Shown: one piece after another, positions 55,901-64,000 of the stretch
How the letters are laid out: every line of letters starts with the position of its first letter
How positions within the stretch are numbered: the stretch's first letter is position 1
Origin: the human T2T-CHM13v2.0 reference genome, Homo sapiens
Direction: 5' to 3' (one strand)
DNA length: 64,000 nucleotides
Assembly (NCBI RefSeq): GCF_009914755.1
Contig: NC_060943.1
Notes under the pieces: model-generated
The model's input: the letters and a program-made list of their open reading frames with translations, nothing else
Databases searched by the model: none
Told to the model about the DNA's origin: nothing
Position numbers and translations under genes: made by a program

Positions 55901-58900
55901 AGTCTGCAAGTGGATATTCAGACTTCTTTGAGGCCTTCGTTGGAAGCGGGATTTCTTCATATTCTGCTAGACAGAAGAATTCTCAGTAACTGCCTTGTGT
56001 TGTGTGTATTCAACTCACAGAGTTGAACGATCCTTTACACAGAGCAGACTTGAAACACTCTTTTTGTGGAATTTGCAAGTGGAGATTTCAGCCGCTTTGA
56101 GGTCAATGGTAGAATAGGAAATATCTTCCTATAGAAACTAGACAGAATGATTCTCAGAAACTCCTTTGTGATGTGTGCGTTCAACTCACAGAGTTTAACC
56201 TTTCTTTTCGTAGAGCAGTTAGGAAACACTCTGTTTGTAAAGTCTGCAAGTGGATATTCAGACCTCCTTGAGGCCTTCGTTGGAAACGGGATTTCTTCAT
56301 ATTATGCTAGACAGAAGAATTCTCAGTAACTTCCTTGTGTTGTGTGTATTCAACTCACAGAGTTGAACGATCCTTTACACAGAGCAGACTTGAAACACTC
56401 TTTTTGTGGAATTTGCAAGTGGAGATTTCAGCCGCTTTGAGGTCAATGGTAGAATAGGAAATATCTTCCTATAGAAACTAGACAGAATGATTCTCAGAAA
56501 CTCCTTTGTGATGTGTGCGTTCAACTCACAGAGTTCAACCTTTCTTTTCATAGAGCAGTTGGGAAACACTCTGTTTGTAAAGTCTGCAAGTGGATATTCA
56601 GACTTCTTTGAGGCCTTCGTTGGAAGCGGGATTTCTTCATATTCTGCTAGACAGAAGAATTCTCAGTAACTGCCTTGTGTTGTGTGTATTCAACTCACAG
56701 AGTTGAACGATCCTTTACACAGAGCAGACTTGAAACACTCTTTTTGTGGAATTTGCAAGTGGAGATTTCAGCCGCTTTGAGGTCAATGGTAGAATAGGAA
56801 ATATCTTCCTATAGAAACTAGACAGAATGATTCTCAGAAACTCCTTTGTGATGTGTGCGTTCAACTCACAGAGTTTACCCTTTCTTTTCATAGAGCAGTT
56901 AGGAAACACTCTGTTTGTAAAGTCTGCAAGTGGATATTCAGACATCCTTGAGGCTTTCGTTGGAAACGGGATTTCTTCATATTCTGCCAGAAAGAAGAAT
57001 TCTCAGTAACTTCCTTGTGTTGTGTGTATTCAACTCACAGAGTTGAACGATCCTTTACACAGAGCAGACTTGAAACACTCTTTTTGTGGAATTTGCAAGT
57101 GGAGATTTCAGCCGCTTTGAGGTCAATGGTAGAATAGGAAATATCTTCCTATAGAAACTAGACAGAATGATTCTCAGAAACTCCTTTGTGATGTGTGCGT
57201 TCAACTCACAGAGTTTAACCTTTCTTTTCATAGAGCAGTTAGGAAACACTCTGTTTGTAAAGTCTGCAAGTGGATATTCAGACATCCTTGAGGCTTTCGT
57301 TGGAAACGGGATTTCTTCATATTCTGCTAGAAAGAAGAATTCCCAGTAACTTCCTTGTGTTGTGTGTATTCAACTCACAGAGTTGAACGATCCTTTACAC
57401 AGAGCAGACTTGAAACACTCTTTTTGTGGAATTTGCAAGTGGAGATTTCAGCCGCTTTGAGGTCAATGGTAGAATAGGAAATATCTTCCTATAGAAACTA
57501 GACAGAATGATTCTCAGAAACTCCTTTGTGATGTGTGCGTTCAACTCACACAGTTTAACTTTTCTTTTCATAGAGCAGTTAGGAAACACTCTGTTTGTAA
57601 AGTCTGCAAGTGGATATTCAGACCTCCTTGAGGCCTTCTTTGGAAACGGGATTTCTTCATATTATGCTAGACAGAAGAATTCTCAGGAACTTCCTTGTGT
57701 TGTGTGTATTCAACTCACAGAGTTGAACGATCCTTTACACAGAGCAGACTTGAAACACTCTTTTTGTGGAATTTGCAAGTGGAGATTTCAGCCGCTTTGA
57801 GTTCAATGGTAGAATAGGAAATATCTTCCTATAGAAAGTACACAGAATGATTCTCAGAAACTGCTTTGTGATGTGTGCGTTCAACTCACAGAGTTCAACC
57901 TTTCTTTTCATAGAGCAGTTGGGAAACACTCTGTTTGTAAAGTCTGCAAGTGGATATTCAGACTTCTTTGAGGCCTTCGTTGGAAGCGGGATTTCTTCAT
58001 ATTCTGCTAGACAGAAGAATTCTCAGTAACTTCCTTGTGTTGTGTGTATTCAACTCACAGAGTTGAACGATCCTTTACACAGAGCAGACTTGAAACACTC
58101 TTTTTGTGGAATTTGCAAGTGGAGATTTCAGCCGCTTTGAGGTCAATGGTAGAATAGGAAATATCTTCCTATAGAAACTAGACAGAATGATTCTCAGAAA
58201 CTCCTTTGTGATGTGTGCGTTCAACTCACAGAGTTCAACCTTTCTTTTCATAGAGCAGTTGGGAAACACTCTGTTTGTAAAGTCTGCAAGTGGATATTCA
58301 GACTTCTTTGAGGCCTTCGTTGGAAGCGGGATTTCTTCATGTTCTGCTAGACAGAAGAATTCTCAGAAACTTCCTTGTGTTGTGTGTTTTCAACTCACAG
58401 AGTTGAACGATCCTTTACACAGAGCAGACTTGAAACACTCCTTTTGTGGAATTTGCAAGTGGAGATTTCAGCCGCTTTGAGGTCAATGGTAGAATAGGAA
58501 ATATCTTCCTATAGAAAGTAGACAGAATGATTCTCAGAAACTCCTTTGTGATGTGTGCGTTCAACTCACAGAGTTTAACCTTTCTTTTCATAGAGCAGTT
58601 AGGAAACACTCTGTTTGTAAAGTCTGCAAGTGGATATTCAGACCTCCTTGAGGCCTTCGTTGGAAACAGGATTTCTTCATATTCTGCTAGACAGAAGAAT
58701 TCTCAGTAACTTCCTTGTGTTGTGTGTATTCAACTCACAGAGTTGAACGATCCTTTACACAGAGCAGACTTGAAACACTCTTTTTGTGGAATTTGCAAGT
58801 GGAGATTTCAGCCGCTTTGAGGTCAATGGTAGAATAGGAAATATCTTCCTATAGAAACTAGACAGAATGATTCTCAGAAACTCCTTTGTGATGTGTGCGT

Positions 58901-61900
58901 TCAACTCACAGAGTTCAACCTTTCTTTTCATAGACCAGTTGGGAAACACTCTGTTTGTAAAGTCTGCAAGTGGATATTCAGACTTCTTTGAGGCCTTCGT
59001 TGGAAGCGGGATTTCTTCATATTCTGCTAGACAGAAGAATTCTCAGTAACTGCCTTGTGTTGTGTGTATTCAACTCACAGAGTTGAACGATCCTTTACAC
59101 AGAGCAGACTTGAAACACTCTTTTTGTGGAATTTGCAAGTGGAGATTTCAGCCGCTTTGAGGTCAATGGTAGAATAGGAAATATCTTCCTATAGAAACTA
59201 GACAGAATGATTCTCAGAAACTCCTTTGTGATGTGTGCGTTCAACTCACAGAGTTTACCCTTTCTTTTCATAGAGCAGTTAGGAAACACTCTGTTTGTAA
59301 AGTCTGCAAGTGGATATTCAGACATCCTTGAGGCTTTCGTTGGAAACGGGATTTCTTCATATTCTGCCAGAAAGAAGAATTCTCAGTAACTTCCTTGTGT
59401 TGTGTGTATTCAACTCACAGAGTTGAACGATCCTTTACACAGAGCAGACTTGAAACACTCTTTTTGTGGAATTTGCAAGTGGAGATTTCAGCCGCTTTGA
59501 GGTCAATGGTAGAATAGGAAATATCTTCCTATAGAAACTAGACAGAATGATTCTCAGAAACTCCTTTGTGATGTGTGCGTTCAACTCACAGAGTTTAACC
59601 TTTCTTTTCATAGAGCAGTTAGGAAACACTCTGTTTGTAAAGTCTGCAAGTGGATATTCAGACATCCTTGAGGCTTTCGTTGGAAACGGGATTTCTTCAT
59701 GTTCTGCTAGAAAGAAGAATTCCCAGTAACTTCCTTGTGTTGTGTGTATTCAACTCACAGAGTTGAACGATCCTTTACACAGAGCAGACTTGAAACACTC
59801 TTTTTGTGGAATTTGCAAGTGGAGATTTCAGCCGCTTTGAGGTCAATGGTAGAATAGGAAATATCTTCCTATAGAAACTAGACAGAATGATTCTCAGAAA
59901 CTCCTTTGTGATGTGTGCGTTCAACTCACACAGTTTAACCTTTCTTTTCATAGAGCAGTTAGGAAACACTCTGTTTGTAAAGTCTGCAAGTGGATATTCA
60001 GACCTCCTTGAGGCCTTCGTTGGAAACGGGATTTCTTCATATTATGCTAGACAGAAGAATTCTCAGGAACTTCCTTGTGTTGTGTGTATTCAACTCACAG
60101 AGTTGAACGATCCTTTACACAGAGCAGACTTGAAACACTCTTTTTGTGGAATTTGCAAGTGGAGATTTCAGCCGCTTTGAGTTCAATGGTAGAATAGGAA
60201 ATATCTTCCTATAGAAAGTACACAGAATGATTCTCAGAAACTGCTTTGTGATGTGTGCGTTCAACTCACAGAGTTCAACCTTTCTTTTCATAGAGCAGTT
60301 GGGAAACACTCTGTTTGTAAAGTCTGCAAGTGGATATTCAGACTTCTTTGAGGCCTTCGTTGGAAGCGGGATTTCTTCATATTCTGCTAGACAGAAGAAT
60401 TCTCAGTAACTTCCTTGTGTTGTGTGTATTCAACTCACAGAGTTGAACGATCCTTTACACAGAGCAGACTTGAAACACTGTTTTTGTGGAATTTGCAAGT
60501 GGAGATTTCAGCCGCTTTGAGGTCAATGGTAGAATAGGAAATATCTTCCTATAGAAACTAGACAGAATGATTCTCAGAAACTCCTTTGTGATGTGTGCGT
60601 TCAACTCACAGAGTTCAACCTTTCTTTTCATAGAGCAGTTGGGAAACACTCTGTTTGTAAAGTCTGCAAGTGGATATTCAGACTTCTTTGAGGCCTTCGT
60701 TGGAAGCGGGATTTCTTCATGTTCTGCTAGACAGAAGAATTCTCAGAAACTTCCTTGTGTTGTGTGTTTTCAACTCACAGAGTTGAACGATCCTTTACAC
60801 AGAGCAGACTTGAAACACTCCTTTTGTGGAATTTGCAAGTGGAGATTTCAGCCGCTTTGAGGTCAATGGTAGAATAGGAAATATCTTCCTATAGAAAGTA
60901 GACAGAATGATTCTCAGAAACTCCTTTGTGATGTGTGCGTTCAACTCACAGAGTTTAACCTTTCTTTTCATAGAGCAGTTAGGAAACACTCTGTTTGTAA
61001 AGTCTGCAAGTGGATATTCAGACCTCCTTGAGGCCTTCGTTGGAAACAGGATTTCTTCATATTCTGCTAGACAGAAGAATTCTCAGTAACTTCCTTGTGT
61101 TGTGTGTATTCAACTCACAGAGTTGAACGATCCTTTACACAGAGCAGACTTGAAACACTCTTTTTGTGGAATTTGCAAGTGGAGATTTCAGCCGCTTTGA
61201 GTTCAATGGTAGAATAGGAAATATCTTCCTATAGAAACTAGACAGAATGATTCTCATAACTCCTTTGTGATGTGTGCGTTCAACTCACAGAGTTCAACCT
61301 TTCTTTTCATAGAGCAGTTGGGAAACACTCTGTTTGTAAAGTCTGCAAGTGGATATTCAGACTTCTTTGAGGCCTTCGTTGGAAGCGGGATTTCTTCATA
61401 TTCTGCTAGACAGAAGAATTCTCAGTAACTGCCTTGTGTTGTGTGTATTCAACTCACAGAGTTGAACGATCCTTTACACAGAGCAGACTTGAAACACTCT
61501 TTTTGTGGAATTTGCAAGTGGAGATTTCAGCCGCTGTGAGGTCAATGGTAGAATAGGAAATATCTTCCTATAGAAACTAGACAGAATGATTCTCAGAAAC
61601 TCCTTTGTGATGTGTGCGTTCAACTCACAGAGTTCAACCTTTCTTTTCATAGAGCAGTTGGGAAACACTCTGTTTGTAAAGTCTGCAAGTGGATATTCAG
61701 ACTTCTTTGAGGCCTTCGTTGGAAGCGGGATTTCTTCATATTCTGCTAGACAGAAGAATTCTCAGTAACTGCCTTGTGTTGTGTGTATTCAACTCACAGA
61801 GTTGAACGATCCTTTACACAGAGCAGACTTGAAACACTCTTTTTGTGGAATTTGCAAGTGGAGATTTCAGCCGCTTTGAGGTCAATGGTAGAATAGGAAA

Positions 61901-63963
61901 TATCTTCCTATAGAAACTAGACAGAATGATTCTCAGAAACTCCTTTGTGATGTGTGCGTTCAACTCACAGAGTTTAACCTTTCTTTTCATAGAGCAGTTA
62001 GGAAACACTCTGTTTGTAAAGTCTGCAAGTGGATATTCAGACATCCTTGAGGCTTTCGTTGGAAACGGGATTTCTTCATATTCTGCTAGAAAGAAGAATT
62101 CTCAGTAACTTCCTTGTGTTGTGTGTATTCAACTCACAGAGTTGAACGATCCTTTACACAGAGCAGACTTGAAACACTCTTTTTGTGGAATTTGCAAGTG
62201 GAGATTTCAGCCGCTTTGAGGTCAATGGTAGAATAGGAAATATCTTCCTATAGAAACTAGACAGAATGATTCTCAGAAACTCCTTTGTGATGTGTGCGTT
62301 CAACTCACAGAGTTTAACCTTTCTTTTCATAGAGCAGTTGGGAAACACTCTGTTTGTAAAGTCTGCAAGTGGATATTCAGACATCCTTGAGGCTTTCGTT
62401 GGAAAAGGGATTTCTTCATATTCTGCTAGAAAGAAGAATTCTCAGTAACTTCCTTGTGTTGTGTGTTTTCAACTCACAGAGTTGAACGATCCTTTACACA
62501 GAGCAGACTTGAAACACTCCTTTTGTGGAATTTGCAAGTGGAGATTTCAGCCGCTTTGAGGTCAATGGTAGAATAGGAAATATCTTCCTATAGAAACTAG
62601 ACAGAATGATTCTCAGAAACTCCTTTGTGATGTGTGCGTTCAACTCACAGAGTTCAACCTTTCTTTTCATAGAGCAGTTGGGAAACACTCTGTTTGTAAA
62701 GTCTGCAAGTGGATATTCAGACTTCTTTGAGGCCTTCGTTGGAAGCGGGATTTCTTCATGTTCTGCTAGACAGAAGAATTCTCAGAAACTTCCTTGTGTT
62801 GTGTGTTTTCAACTCACAGAGTTGAACGATCCTTTACACAGAGCAGACTTGAAACACTCCTTTTGTGGAATTTGCAAGTGGAGATTTCAGCCGCTTTGAG
62901 GTCAATGGTAGAATAGGAAATATCTTCCTATAGAAACTAGACAGAATGATTCTCATAACTCCTTTGTGATGTGTGCGTTCAACTCACAGAGTTCAACCTT
63001 TCTTTTCATAGAGCAGTTGGGAAACACTCTGTTTGTAAAGTCTGCAAGTGGATATTCAGTCTTCTTTGAGGCCTTCGTTGGAAGCGGGATTTCTTCATAT
63101 TCTGCTAGACAGAAGAATTCTCAGTAACTGCCTTGTGTTGTGTGTATTCAACTCACAGAGTTGAACGATCCTTTACACAGAGCAGACTTGAAACACTCTT
63201 TTTGTGGAATTTGCAAGTGGAGATTTCAGCCGCTTTGAGGTCAATGGTAGAATAGGAAATATCTTCCTATAGAAACTAGACAGAATGATTCTCAGAAACT
63301 CCTTTGTGATGTGTGCGTTCAACTCACAGAGTTCAACCTTTCTTTTCATAGAGCAGTTGGGAAACACTCTGTTTGTAAAGTCTGCAAGTGGATATTCAGA
63401 CTTCTTTGAGGCCTTCGTTGGAAGCGGGATTTCTTCATGTTCTGCTAGACAGAAGAATTCTCAGAAACTTCCTTGTGTTGTGTGTTTTCAACTCACAGAG
63501 TTGAACGATCCTTTACACAGAGCAGACTTGAAACACTCCTTTTGTGGAATTTGCAAGTGGAGATTTCAGCCGCTTTGAGGTCAATGGTAGAATAGGAAAT
63601 ATCTTCCTATAGAAAGTAGACAGAATGATTCTCAGAAACTCCTTTGTGATGTGTGCGTTCAACTCACAGAGTTTAACCTTTCTTTTCATAGAGCAGTTAG
63701 GAAACACTCTGTTTGTAAGTCTGCAAATGGATATTCAGACCTCCTTGAGGCCTTCGTTGGAAACAGGATTTCTTCATATTCTGCTAGACAGAAGAATTCT
63801 CAGTAACTTCCTTGTGTTGTGTGTATTCAACTCACAGAGTTGAACGATCCTTTACACAGAGCAGACTTGAAACACTCTTTTTGTGGAATTTGCAAGTGGA
63901 GATTTCAGCCGCTTTGAGTTCAATGGTAGAATAGGAAATATCTTCCTATAGAAACTAGACAGA
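37976..63963 (+). repeat. Large tandem duplication: copy A about 11.9 kb (35 dimers), copy B about 13.9 kb (41 dimers)
   Basis: Private variants pair at offset 12237 (39545/51782, 40993/53230) and at offset 13937 (44998/58935, 47599/61536, 48469/62406, 49123/63060). Confidence 0.88.
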
Positions 63964-64000
63964 ATGATTCTCGTAACTCCTTTGTGATGTGTGCGTTCAA

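Larger units (their letters stand above)
1..64000 (+). repeat. Alpha-satellite array, SF1 340-bp J1/J2 dimer, about 188 head-to-tail copies; probably human D1Z7/D5Z2/D19Z3 (S1C1/5/19H1L)
   Basis: Strict 340-bp period (ORF starts 59, 399, 739...). Alphoid motifs ATTCTCAGAAACT, TTCAACTCACAGAGTT and GGAAACACTCT. CENP-B box in alternate monomers and one GAATTC per dimer. Copies differ by only a few bases. Family assignment is from recognition; chr1, chr5 and chr19 cannot be told apart by eye. Confidence 0.97.

Noticed and set aside
287-63707. Repeated - strand 64-90 aa ORFs (MSEYPLADF.../MFPNCSMKRK...)
   Set aside because: Antisense translation of alpha satellite; the start codon depends on one class-I SNP. 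Not evidence of coding.
59-63843. Repeated + strand 60-101 aa ORFs (MILRNSFVMCAF...)
   Set aside because: Chance open frames in the satellite unit. There is no recognisable domain or gene structure, and stops and frameshifts toggle with repeat variants.
1-64000. CRISPR-like array or variable-cassette (diversity-generating) system
   Set aside because: There are no unique spacers and no cas, recombinase or reverse transcriptase genes. Variation is SNV-level and explained by duplication and conversion.
1-64000. L1/Alu insertion or strand inversion
   Set aside because: The 340-bp phase is continuous apart from 1-4 bp deletions, and no non-alphoid sequence was seen.
1-64000. Assignment to a specific chromosome or to the kinetochore site
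   Set aside because: Chr1, 5 and 19 share this array family, and CENP-A position is epigenetic. Neither can be read from this sequence without mapping.

Overview
The whole 64 kb window is one uninterrupted, single-orientation centromeric alpha-satellite array. The unit is a 340-bp dimer (169 + 171 bp monomers, about 188 copies) with one EcoRI site and one CENP-B box per dimer. This matches suprachromosomal family 1 (J1/J2), most likely the human D1Z7/D5Z2/D19Z3 (S1C1/5/19H1L) active array. I saw no genes, transposon insertions or inversions, and the repeated 60-97 aa ORFs are artefacts of the repeat. The informative signal is in the single-base variants. Dimers fall into three classes arranged in nested duplications of 3, 4, 5, 7, 16, 17-18 and 35/41 dimers. 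A recurrent 10-monomer cassette spreads a CENP-B-box-disrupting allele together with a 1-bp deletion. All variant calls were read by eye and need alignment to confirm. I found no evidence of a new gene system.
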